This document shows, in pieces, positions 1-12,250 of a stretch of DNA of 64,000 bases; position 1 is the stretch's first letter; each line of letters opens with the position of its first letter. Where the stretch lies: contig NC_091474.1 of assembly GCF_036971445.1 (NCBI RefSeq), forward strand, positions 184,512,001 through 184,576,000, written 5' to 3'. The DNA comes from Narcine bancroftii (Eukaryota). The position numbers and the translations under genes are program-made. The notes beneath the pieces are model-generated. The model was not told where the DNA came from, ran no database searches, and was given only the letters and a program-made list of their open reading frames with translations.

Positions 1-1399
1 AATGTAATTGCCGCATATCCAAATGTACATGTCAAATGTAATTTGTGCCATTATGTTACCTAGAAGGAAGTCTCTAGCTACGGTGTATTGAGATTCACAT
101 GAACTCTCTACCATCAAGAGTCAGTATATTTATTCTGTATTTCTATCAATGCAGCCATCTGTCACTGAAGGCGCACATTCTCTCACTGGGTCCAAAGCAT
201 TCAGATCAGATTGAACTGGATTTAAATATTTCTTGTAAAATCAAGTGTTGGGTTTCATTTTGAAATTTAACTGCTGAAATTACCATCAACGTTAACTGTG
301 CCAAATGCAAAGTCTGCAAATTAGCAGACATTATTATATAGCAGTGCTCTGCCTTGTAGAACAAACTTTCAGCCAGAGCAGTCAATATTGCTTTAATTAT
401 CTTTTTATAGAGTAAAATATGAAAGCAGTTAATTGAGAACAGGAAAACTTGGACATAATAGTTGCTATGTTGCTAGTTGTGGGCCAGGTTTCAATATGAG
501 GTTGGGTGGCAGAAATTGGCTTTTCTCAATGCATTACTTTTAAGGAATGGGTATTTATTTCTTTGATTGAGTGAATGATTTACTAGGGATGGACAGTTGG
601 GTATCTGTACATGGAAGTACAGATTCAAAAATCTACAAATCATTTGCAATAGAGCTATCATGGTGCACCAACTTGGTACATTACAGGTAATTTCTACCAA
701 TTTTTCCCACTGGTATTCTGCTCCGGTTTCTAATTGTTAATAGCGAACCAGTTGTTAATAAATGTACTACTAATTTAGACATGTAGAACCCTCTAGGATG
801 GCCACAACCAGAAAGCAAAAGTGACGTGATTTGTTTTGATAGCTGCAAAACCTTTATACTGTGTCTAATTTTCTAGGTGCTATTGGCCAGACAGGCAGTA
901 ATAACTTTTGAATTACAGCCTTGTCAACAACTGCCCTTTGGGATTCCTGGCTGTGCCTGCACAGAATATGTCTACCAAGACCTCCCAACCTAGTGTGAAT
1001 TTAATATGATACAAATCAGCTACTATTAAAATAGGAACTGCAGATTAGGCACCATCCATGAAAAGTGAAATCTTTCATAAGAACTTTGCTGCTGACAGCT
1101 AATGTTTGGTTTAGAGATTCATTCAACGCCTCCTTTATTGCAATATTTTCTTTACTATGTCATTAATTTGTATTAACAAATTTTCATTGATATCATAAAA
1201 TCATGATTCATATTACAGTGGATTGCAAGTCCAGAATAATAACGCTGGTGAAGTATTGAATCAGAATTTGTCACGAACAAGTCAGAAAATTTGTTGTTTT
1301 GTGGCAGCATCACAGTGTAAACATTCATATAAACTACCTTACAACAATACATTAAAAAATAGTGCCCAAAAAAGTCAAAGTAAGGTGATGCCTTTGGTT

Positions 1400-2195
1400 C
1401 ATTGATCATTCAGCAATCTGATAGCAGTGGGGAAGAAGCAATCCTTATGCCAGTGAGTGCTCGTCTTGAAGTTCCTGCACCTTTATCCCCATGGTTGCAA
1501 AGTAAAGAGGCATGGCCTTGGTGGTGGAGGTTCTTGAGGATAAAGGCTGCTTTCTTAAGACACCACCTCTTATACATGCCTTTGATGGAGTGAAGTCTGG
1601 TGCTCATGATGTCTCAGGCTGAGTTAACAAACTTCTGGAGTTTTTTTTTGTCCTGATCATTGGTATCTCCATACCAGACAGTGATGCAACCAGCCATAAT
1701 GCTCTCCAAGGTACACCTGAGAGTCTTCGATTACATACCAAATCTCCTCAAACACCTCACAAAGTATAGCCACTGGCGAGACTTTTTTGGGATTGCCTTG
1801 ACAAGGAGGCTCCATGAGAGATCCTCAGAGATGTTAACACCCAGGAACTTGAAGTTCTTGACCCTCTCCATCACTGAGCCCTCGAAAAGGGCTGAATCGT
1901 ATTCTCCTGACTTCCTCCTGAAGTCCACTATCATCTCCTTGGTTTTGCTAACATTGAGCGCAATGTTGTTAGTGTGACACCACTCAATGAGCTGATTTAT
2001 CTCCCTCCTGTACACTTTCTCATTATATTTGTGATTCTGCCGTCAATTATGGTTTCATCGGAAAATTTGTAGATAGCATTGGAATTGTGCCTGGCCACAC
2101 AGTCATGTGTGTATAGTAAGAGGAGCAGTGGGCTAAACACACATCCTTGAGGTGCACTTGTGTTGATAGTGAGAAGGAGAGGTTGTTTCCTCACT
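1400..2195 (-). mobile_element. Degenerate Rex1/Babar-type LINE, RT C-terminal part and 3' end
   Basis: Minus-strand ORF fragments APQGCVFSPLLLLLYTHDC..IYKFSDET and WCHTNNIALNVSKTKEMIVDFRRK..FKFLGVNISEDLSWS; frameshifted; boundaries approximate. Confidence 0.85.
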
Positions 2196-3839
2196 TACAT
2201 AGAAGAAAATCTCCAAATTCATCAACAAGACAAATCACCTTATTCTGTTTGTTTTGGTCCCTTATGTAAATGTTTGGCCGATGCTAGGCACGGTATTTAG
2301 TCTTTTTGGTTCCTAATTGGCTCCATCTTTTCTTGTCTATCCTATATTAGGGAATTATTTTGCATCTGTTCCAGTTTTTTAGATTTTCTAAAATCATGTG
2401 GCTTGAATTAGACATAATTTTCTAACTATGGCCAAAGCAACAGTTTGGAAAAGTTAGGTACAAACTTTTCCCAATGGAATTCAAAGCAGCATTACAGACA
2501 CTGACTCTGGGAGGGAAAAAAAAATTACTCTGTTAGATTCCAAGACCCTGTGATATGTAGCTACTTCATTCTACAATCATTATGGTCATATTCTTGTACA
2601 ATTTTAACAAAGACAGCAAAGATCTCAAAATTAAAAACATGAGAAAAATTGTTCAGTTCATCATTCCACAGAAATATATAAACCACAGCAACAAAAATTT
2701 AAGTTTACTACTAAATATAAATGACTAATTATCTGACGTGTTCATATTATTTCTGGACTATTTTAACAAAGATCACCAAGGCTATATAAGGGAGCAGAAC
2801 TGATAAATGTTATTTGGATCATCTGGTCCAACATTCCACATAAATATACACACCCCTCATCACATACCTAACTAGCTCCTGTTTTGCTTATCTTGCCTAA
2901 TAAGAACATTTCAGTATTACTTAAGGAGGTGTTGTGAATCCACAACTTGTCTCTTCTTAGATTAAACCCATGACCCTTGTTTGCAGTTGTAAATAAATGA
3001 CTTAACAATTGTATTTAAAGTATATCTGAAGGATGCTCATGTCAGTATTCATTTCTAAGAACACTGAAGAAGCTTGCCATTGATTGGCTTGCTGCCTATG
3101 GACACCCAGTTCCACTCCATGCATTTGAATATATTATTATTCATTGCTATTGGGATAAAGTTCCAACTGGCAAATAAGATACATTAGGTGATTTTATATA
3201 GACATCCAATGTCTCCACCACTATTCCAACAAGAGCTGGAGAGTTATCTTGTGTCCCAATTAATAGTTACCTTTCAATCAATGACTGTAAAATAAATTAT
3301 TTATTCCTGCTATTAATTTTTTTTTATATACAAGAATAGTAACAGAAGCAAAACTTATTTTACATACCGCCCCCAACATAGCAAAGATTTCCCAAGAGTT
3401 TATTGTAGAAATATTATCAAACAGGAAAATGACACCAACCATCCAAATAAATTTGAAACCATCAAAGAATGTGAATATTAAAAAGATCTCTCTTTCTCTC
3501 TCCTATGCACACATTTCACCCACCAGAATGCCTTCCCCCACCTGGTTCTATTTGTCCTTCATCAAGGAGAGCCTTACTTACAAGATGCTTCGGGTCCGTC
3601 CCACATCCTACAGATGTTTGGATAGATTAATTGGCTATTGTAAATTATATGAAGGTGGAGCCAGATGGCAAAATAAACTGAATGTTGAGTTAACAGGTGC
3701 ATGCAGATAATAAGGATTTACAACCAATGCTCTGAATAAATCCTGTTCATGATTTGCATTTTCCACTTTCCCCTTTTATCAGTGCATTAGTAATCGCAGC
3801 AGGGTGTTAGATGGTTACACGCAACATCAGATATACACA

Positions 3840-4021
3840 TTGTCTGACTGAATTAATGCAACCTAGATTGTATACCTAAAATGGATGAGGGGGGGGGGGG
3901 TGGGGGGTGGCTTGGGAGGAGGGGGGGGGGGGGGGAGAAAAAGTCAAGAAAAAGTGTATATCATGGCTAATGTGATTTATGGTGTGAAAAATAAAAAAAT
4001 AAAAAAAAAAATTTAAAAAAA
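3840..4021 (+). mobile_element. 5'-truncated L1-type 3' end with A-rich tail
   Basis: TSD AGATATACACA at 3829-3839 and 4022-4032; near-identical to the reverse complement of the L1 3' UTR at ~57340-57530. Confidence 0.85.
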
Positions 4022-4479
4022 AGATATACACAGTAGTCCTCCTAATCAGTGATATCTAACTCAGATAAGGCAACCAGTTTGTCCAAAACCTACATGCTGT
4101 CCACAATGGCCATCTAGAGCTCTCAGTTACTAGCTTCTTTTAAAAGCCTCTCCTCCCTATTCCTACACCTACCTGCCTGTTCTCAGTGTCCTCCATTGCC
4201 AGGATAAGGCCAAACACAAAGAAGAGGAAACCACACCTCATATTCCACCTGGGTAGTCTATAATCCAATCCTCAGCTCCTTGGTTCCCTTCATTCTCTCT
4301 TTCTGAACCACCCAGATCCTCTCACAGACCAACCCCCCCCCCACCCCCCCCATACCCAGTTTACTCTTTACCCAGTCTCTTTCCTCTACCTCAACTAGTT
4401 CCATTTCCCTTACACCCATACATACCTCCCACTGGTTCTCCTATCCCCTCTGTCTACTGTTCAGAACTCTTCAAGGATG

Positions 4480-4716
4480 CAATGGTTGGTGTAACAGTTA
4501 GTACCACACAGTTATAGCACTAGCGATTGGGACCAGGGTTCACATCCTGTGCTGTCTATAAGGAGCTGGTAAGTTCTCCCCATGTCTGCTTGGGTTTTCC
4601 CTGGAGGCTCCAGTTTCCACCTACTGTTTGAAACATACCAGGGTTGTAGGTTAATTGGGTGTAATTGGGCAGCATGGGCTTGTGGGCCGAAATGGCCTTT
4701 TACTCTGCTGTATGTC
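4480..4716 (+). mobile_element. tRNA-derived V-SINE (HE1-like)
   Basis: B-box-like GGGTTCACATCC, then the GGAGTTTG..TTCTCCCC..GGGTTTTCC..CTCCAGTTTCC core shared with copies at ~22535, ~33750, ~51290 and ~62185. Confidence 0.75.
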
Positions 4717-5987
4717 GGGTCAGATACAGCAATGAGCTCTCCGAACCCTTCTCCATTAACAATGGCGTGAAGCAAGGCTGCGTTCTCGCACCAACCCTCT
4801 TTTCAATCCTCTTCACCATGATGCTGAAAAAAGCCATGAAAGACCTCAACAATGAAGAGGCTGTTTACATCCGGTACCGCATGGATGGCAGTCTCTTCAA
4901 TCTGACGCGCCTGCAAGCTCACACCAAGACACAAGAGCAACTTGTCCGTGAACTACTCTTTGCAGACGATGCCACTTTAGTTGCCCATTCAGAGCCAGCT
5001 CTTCAGCGCTTGACGTCCTGTTTTGCGGAAACTGCCAAAATGTTTGGCCTGGAAGTCAGCCTGAAGAAAACTGAGGTCCTCCATCAGCCAGAAGAAAACT
5101 GAGGTCCTCCAACAGCCAGAAGAAAACTGAGGTCCTCCAACAGCCAGCTCCCCACCATGACTACCAACCTCCCCCACATCTCCATTGGGCACAGTTTACC
5201 TATCTCGGCTGCACCATTTCATCGGATGCAAGCATCGACAACGAGATAGAAAACAGACTCGCCAAGGGAAATAGCGCCTTTGGAAGACTACACAAAAGAG
5301 TCTGGAAAAACAACCAACTGAAAAACCTCACAAAGATTAGTGTATACAGAGCCATTGTCATACCCACACTCCTGTTCAGCTCCGAATCATGGGTCCTCTA
5401 CCGGCATCACCTACGGCTCCTAGAACGCTTCAACCAGCGTTGTCTCCGCTCCATCCTCAACATTCATTGGAGCGACTTCATCCCTAACATCGAAGTACTC
5501 GAGATGGCAGAGGCCGACAGCATCAAATCCACGCTGCTGAAGATCCAACTGCGCTGGGTAGGTCATGTCTCCAGAATGGAGGACCATCGCCTTCCCAAGA
5601 TCGTGTTATATGGTGAGCTCTCCACTGGCCACTGTGACAGAGGTGCACCAAAGAAGAGGTACAAGGACTGCCTAAAGAAATCTCTTGGTGCCTGCCACAT
5701 TGACCACCGCCAGTGGGCTGATCTCGCCTTAAACCGTGCATCTTGGCACCTCACAGTTCAGCGGGCAGCAACCTCCTTTGAAGAAGACCGCAGAGCCCAC
5801 CTCACTGACAAAAGACAAAGGAGGAAAAACCCAATACCCAACCCCAACCAACCAATTTTTCCCTGCAACCGCTGCAGCTGTGTCTGCCTGTCCTCCATTG
5901 GACTTGTCAGCCACAAACGAGCCTGCAGCTGTCTTGGACATTTACCCCTCCATAAATCTTCGTCCGTGAAGCCAAGCCAAAGAAAGA
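4717..5987 (+). mobile_element. 5'-truncated RTE-clade LINE inserted in the SINE tail
   Basis: RT motifs GVKQGCVLAPTLF..LLFADDA; C-terminus RWVGHVSRMEDHRLPK..GAPKKRYKD; short TSD ATGTC; internal 28-bp triplication at 5063-5146. Confidence 0.92.
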
Positions 5988-6459
5988 ATGTCTAAATTCA
6001 ATTATTTTAAAAAAAAATTTAACATCTCTTTATTTGTACACAGTCATCTTCCTTATTAAAAATCAAATTCAATAATATGCAGCCCTTTGTTGTCTTCACA
6101 TAACCTCCCAGCCTTTCTCCACCCCTCTGCCAACTGGATCCTTCTGCCCATCACCCCTCCTCACCTGAATCCATCAATCATCTGACAGCTAATGCATCAC
6201 CCCTGCCCCACACCCCTTTATAGCAGCTATTTCCCCATTCTCATCCTGATGAACAGTCCGACCCACTATCTCCTTCCCTCGATAGATACTACCTGAACAT
6301 CTGAGTTCATCCAGCAGTTTCTTTTATTGTTCTGGTTTCAACTTATGCAATCTCTCATCTTATGTAATCAAACTAACAATAGATAGACAACTGCCTAGCA
6401 TCTTATATATTTTCAAGATAATTCATGTGGAAGTTGAAGGAGCATAACTGGTTTGTTAC

Positions 6460-8440
6460 AGTCAATGTAGTAACCTGCCTTAATGATTATCGGCCAGTAG
6501 CACTTACATCAACAGTGATGAAGTGTTTTGAAAGGCTGGTGTTGAAGCACATCAGCTTCTGTCTGAGTGGTGACATGGATACGTTCCAGTTCACCTATCA
6601 TAGCAATAGGTCTACATCGGATGTCATCTCACGGGCTCTACACACACTGGCATCACTAGGTGGGGGTGGTACAGGGGGTGCAGACAATACTGGGTGACAC
6701 CAAAATGACAGTGTATAAAATGTTTGTGCAGTGTTTCAGCAGAAATTTATTATTTTTATAAAAATATCCCTGCAGTTATAACAACAAAAGTTTACATGTA
6801 TCAATATACATAGAAAGCTAAAACCCTATGCTAACTTTCTTTTCGAACCTTCTAATGCACTCCGCTCAGAGCAGTCATTATTACCCAATTACAATGGCAC
6901 TTTGAATCACGTGGTTTTGTCACTGCACGCACTCAAGCATGTGCTGTTGTTTTTGTTGCTGCAGGTGTTTTTATAGTTACTGCCTTGTCAAATTTTCTGG
7001 TGTTTTAGCTACAACATTGTGGTAATTTGTACTTGTAAATACATTTAGGCTGTGTGTATGATATTGTAATTTAAAGGTGTAATTTTAATTTTGCTAGTTA
7101 TTTCTCACTACTATTGCCGTTACGTTCAGAGATATGGGAATTATGATTTATGAGTAACATTAGAACAAAAAATATTACCAAGGATTCTGTATGGTTAGGT
7201 ACAGGAAGAGGTCCATGGAGCAACACATTGGGTGACACCAACCCTCATGACATCATTGTCTACATAAACACCTGGAATACCCGGTCAGTAAAGATGCATT
7301 CATCAGGATGCTCTTTATTGACTACAGTTCACATTTAACACCATCATTCCCTCAAAACTGATCAGCAAACTTCAAGACATGGGACTCAACACCCCACTGT
7401 GTAATTGGATCCTTGCTTTCCTCACCTCCAGACAACAATCAGTGAGGATTGGCAAGAACATCTCCTCCACATTCTCCATCAGTATCAGAGCACCATAGGG
7501 CTGTGTTCTTATCACCTTGCTCTACTCACTTTACACCTATGACTGTGTAGCTTGGTACAACAATAACACCATCTACAAATTTGTCATCAATACCACTGTA
7601 GTGGGTTGTATAGAGAAAGGTGAGAGATTGAAAACCTGGTCGAATGGTGCATCAACAGTAACCTTGTATTCAAGGTCACCAAAAGTAAGGAATTGATATG
7701 GATTTCAAGTCAGAGGTATACAATCCAGTGATTGTTGGGGGATCAGAGGTGGAGAAGGTGAGCAAATTTAAGTTTTTGGGAGTCACTCTTTCGAAGTATC
7801 TTTCCTGGACCAAACACACTAATGGCATCATGAAGAAAGCATGTCAGCATCTCTACTTCCTCAGGAGTTTGCAGAGGTTTGGCAGGACACCAGAAACCCT
7901 GGCAAATTTCTACAGATGTGTGGTGGAAAGTGTGCTGACTGGTTGCATCATGGCCTAGTATGGGGACACCAATACCCCTGAACATAAAGCCCTCCAAAAC
8001 AGTGGATACAACCCAGGACTTCACAGGCAAAACCCTCCCCACCATAGAGAACATCTACAGGGAACGCTGCCATTGAAGAGCAAGGATCGACACCACCCAG
8101 CACACATACTGTTATCACTGCTGCCATCATAAAAGAGGTACAGGTACCATATGACTTGCACCTCTAGGTTCAGGAACAGCTGCTACCCCTCCATCATCAG
8201 ACTCCTCAACAACAAACTCAGTCAGGGACTCATTAAAGGACTCTTGCTTGTGCACTTTATGCAATACAGAGAATTTTAAGAAAATCAACAGTTTGTTTAC
8301 TTTCATCATCTGTTTACATGTATACACTGTGTACATTCTTTTAGCACTACCAGTAAGTGGTAATTCTGCTTCATCACAGGAAAAAAGAATCTCAGGGTGG
8401 TATGTGATGTCATGCATGTGCTCTGACAATAAATCTGAAA
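6460..8440 (+). mobile_element. Degenerate Rex1/Babar-type LINE, interrupted by a hAT element
   Basis: [22 protein letters not shown] and FKFLGVTLSKYLSWTKH..LYFLRSLQRFG; 3' tail ending GACAATAAATCTGAA also seen reversed at ~61708-61960. Confidence 0.85.
6645..7258. mobile_element. Non-autonomous hAT-type DNA transposon
   Basis: 8-bp TSD TCTACACA (6637-6644) / TCTACATA (7259-7266); decayed TIRs CACTGGCATCACTAGG and CCCTCATGACATCATTG; subterminal TGGGTGACACCA near both ends. Confidence 0.7.
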
Positions 8441-9926
8441 GGATCATTGTAGATGGGCTCAGTTTCCAAGGTGACAAATTTATCTTGTCTTCTGAAAAAC
8501 CACAGGGAGACTTTGGATGTTCTGGAGTTGTGAAATGTACTGCATAAAATGATTTACTAAAACCAATATTTTCCACTGCATTGTGAGGCCACATTATGAT
8601 AGAGAATAACCCATCTTATTAGGTTGTGCTATCTATTGTATTACAATACTTTGAACTGTTTTAGCTGAATTTACATTTTACAACAGTAACTTAATCGTTG
8701 CTGGGTGCTTTTATATTGTGCAACAGTAGCCTGCTATGTTGCTACGTGCGTGTTGAAGAGAGTGCAGCGATATTCCAACCTGTGTGCATGTGCAGAGTGG
8801 AGCTGCAGTTGCAGTGTGCGTGTGTGTTGTGTAGCGGTTCTTTGATGGCTTTGAGATGCATGTGCAGTACTGTGTGAGTGACCCAAGGCCTTGCTTGGGC
8901 GGGTCCCGCTGAGTGACGCGCACGCTCTGCACGGCGCTCACACGGCGATAGAGTTACATTGCAGTCAGGGGGAGCTATGGGAAACAGGAAAGAACTTGGC
9001 ACCGTTCCCAGTTCTGAGAAACTCTCCAACTGAACTCCAGAACAAAACAATGTTCGCACTTTTCTATTGAAATTTAACATGCAAGACGTTATTCCCAATT
9101 ATTAATAGGATATACTTTGATCAATGCAATTATTTGCTATATAACGATGATCAACTTCATAAGATTATGGTCCTGAATATTGCAGTTGGAGACACATCAT
9201 TAATGTCTTAAAAGGAAGAACTACTATGGAAAACAAACAAAATCGCATTACAGTTCAACTTTATCATGCTTTAAGTGGATTGCGACTCGTTGCAAAACTA
9301 CATTTTTAAGGAAATAATTCCTGCCTCTCATTAGCACATTGAACATGACCAGACAATACAAGCCCTTCGGCTCACGATGTCGTGCCGACCCACATATATA
9401 CCTACTCTCCAACTTCAATCCTTCCCAATCTCACAGCCCACAATTCTCCATTTTTGTGAAATTCACTCTTATTTGTTCGATCTGCTCTCGTCTCCGTTAC
9501 GCATTTCTTCAAAACAGATGAGAAAAATGTTCAAACCTTGGCTCTATGGATCTGAACTTACTGACCCCGCAGTTTGCCCTTTTATTTCCTTAACCAATTT
9601 GTATCTATGTGCAACGACCAATCTCATGTGAAAATAACTCGTGAGCTATAAATGCATCCAACACAATATATGAAGCCGTCTATGGTCGAATTATTAGACT
9701 GTCAGTTTTCTTGTGGTCCCAAACTGTCCTGGGATTTCTATAATTGCCTGTCATTGTTCCAGTTATTCTGGGAACAGCCGGCTTTTGTCGAACCAGTGAT
9801 CTTTAACACGTGTCTTTCCGACCGGAGACAATTGCCCGACCATTGCTACAAATTTCATATCCATCAGCCATGGCCATTAGCAGCGGTTGTTTCCAAACAC
9901 TTTGTTTCTAATACAGTCGAACATAA

Positions 9927-10860
9927 ACATTATCTCCATCTCGGGAGACAAGCTTTCCACAGAAAATTCCATCCCATCAAACTCACTGGTCCATCTCCAG
10001 TAGCACTCTCCCCTTCCTGGATCTCTTATCTCCATCTAGGGAGACAAGTTTTCCACTGATATTTTACAAGCCCACTAACTACCTTGACTACACTTCCTCA
10101 GACCCTGTTCCCTGCAAGGATTCTATCCCCTTCTCTCAATTCTCCATCTCTCTGCCTTCAGTAGGGATCACTCCCTCCGTAACTCCCTCATGCACTTACC
10201 CCTTCCCACCAATTTCTCCTCCCCCACCTTCCCCAGTGGCTGGAGGTGCCACATTTGCACCCACACCTCCCCCCCCCCCCCACCTCATCAAGGTCAGGGG
10301 GCCCCAAACAGACCTTTCAAGTGAAGCAACAGTTCACGTGTATCTGAAGGACTGGTTTACTGCATCCGATGGTCCCTTTGTGTCCTTCTCTACATGGGAG
10401 AGACTGGGCGCAGATTGGGAGATCACTTCGCGGATCACCTTTGCTCCATCTGCTCATGACAGAGACCTCCCAGTCGCCAACCATTTCAGTTCAGTGTCAC
10501 ACTCCCATGTCCGTCTATGGCCTCGTACTATCTCACCAAGACCACCCGCAAATTAGAGGAACAACAACTGATTTTCAGTCTGGCTAAGCTCCAGCTTGAT
10601 GGCATGAACAAACTTTTCCATTTTCTCCCAACCTGCTCTCCTCTTCCCTCTCCCTCCTTCGCTTCCTTCTCCTTCCCTTCACCTAGCCATCCCTCCTCCA
10701 CTCCCCTTGACTCTTTTGCTCTGAAACCTGCCGACATTTTTCCATACTTTGATGAAGGGCTCAAGCCCGAAATGTTGGTTATGTATTTTTAACTTTGTTG
10801 TATAAAGGATATTGATTGACCTGCTAAGTTTCTCCAACTTTGTTTTTATGCATCTTTATT
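9927..10860 (+). mobile_element. Degenerate Penelope-like element (GIY-YIG region and terminal repeat with hammerhead motif)
   Basis: Homologous to 42255-43280 and 53000-53735; hammerhead-like motif at 10743-10783. Confidence 0.75.
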
Positions 10861-11869
10861 ACATAAAGAACGCCGTGTGATTTGCTGAGTTTCACCAATA
10901 TTTTGTGCAAAATAAAAATGCTTATCCTATTTAAACGCCCTTCTGACATTCGGAACTAAACGATAAATAGTTGGTTTGAGATTTATGCATAAATGACGTT
11001 ATACAGTGAATTCCAATGCATCAGTGTTAATATTTGTTTTACAACGTGCCACGAATTTGAAGGAAATGTTGGGTTTTTTTTTTGTTTTGTGATTATATTT
11101 CTTGGCCATTGTTATTCTGACATTGGTATGTTCGCGAAGAAACGTGTTTTCTTCAAACGTTTTAATTTATTGGCTCACACACAATATTTTGTTTATTTGT
11201 GCCAGTATAAAATCCGGCACCGACAACACAAATAACATGTTTCAATAGGCCATAAACCGACAAAACCTCGCGATCCCCTCCCCTACTCACTGCTGGCCAT
11301 ATTCGAAGTTAGAACTTAATCTCCAAGAAGTGGACATCTGTGTTTCATGGCCATCCATTTCACAAGCTTTGAGGATTTTGGCCAGTGGTTCGGAGTAAAA
11401 TAATTGTTTTCAAAAGTTCTAATTACCTGTGAAGGTGTTGCAGGAGCATTGTTACATGCTCTTAATTTCTTGCAACATAACTGGCCTCATTGTGAAGAGT
11501 ACAAGACTAGCGTCAGATAACCACCCCAAAACGCTCGAAATGTCGTCAGATCCAGCAACGTTTGTGGAGACGGAAGCAGCACTTTAGGTCAATGACCTAT
11601 CCTCAGAACTCAAACAGGTAAGAAATCACAGAAATGCTGAAGGAACTCAGCAGGTCTCCTCAAGCATTTCTGTGATTTTTCTGCAATCGCAGCGAATGCA
11701 GGCTTTCGTATTTCTCTATAAAATTAGAAATCAAGCATCTTTTCAGTTCCATGGACGTGGAAAGAATGGCGAGAAAAACGGAGAAAGAATAGGGACCAGA
11801 AGAAACGGAATGCCAGACGTGGCGTTGCTGCCAGCTGACAGGGGATGAAGGCGAGTTCATCGCAGGTGA

Positions 11870-12250
11870 TCCACTAGAGATTAAACAGGATAACGATGAA
11901 AACAAGAGGGAAGGGAGAAAAAGATCGAGGTCGTGTGATACAAATTCGGCAGGGCGGGTAGATGGATCCAGCGACATATGGGAGATGTTGCAAATCACGG
12001 AGAACGAGGACCAGGAATACCCTGTCCTTGAACAAAATGAGAGGGGCTGGGATTAGAAGCGTAGGAAATGAAACGGATGTGGTTGAGCGCCCTTTCAAAT
12101 ATAGTGAATGGGAGACTGCGCCGAAGAAGAAAAGTTAACATCTCGGAAACTCTGATCAAAGAGGATGGAGGCAGAGAAACTGAGAATGTCAAATTGAATC
12201 CTTACAGGAAGCTAAATGAGATGTTGTCGGTCGCTAACCTACACCTGAGA
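11870..12250 (-). mobile_element. Penelope-like element fragment
   Basis: Minus-strand remnant IRVSEMLTFLLRRSLPFTIFERALNHI..KDRVFLVL resembles the PLE RT-EN linker; similar to the start of the 42255 copy. Confidence 0.5.

Noticed and set aside
1-500. Possible conserved non-coding element
   Set aside because: Unique AT-rich sequence with homeobox-like motifs, but nothing testable without alignment
3889-3935. Long G-runs as a functional G4 element
   Set aside because: Part of the L1 3' UTR homopolymer; length is unreliable in assemblies
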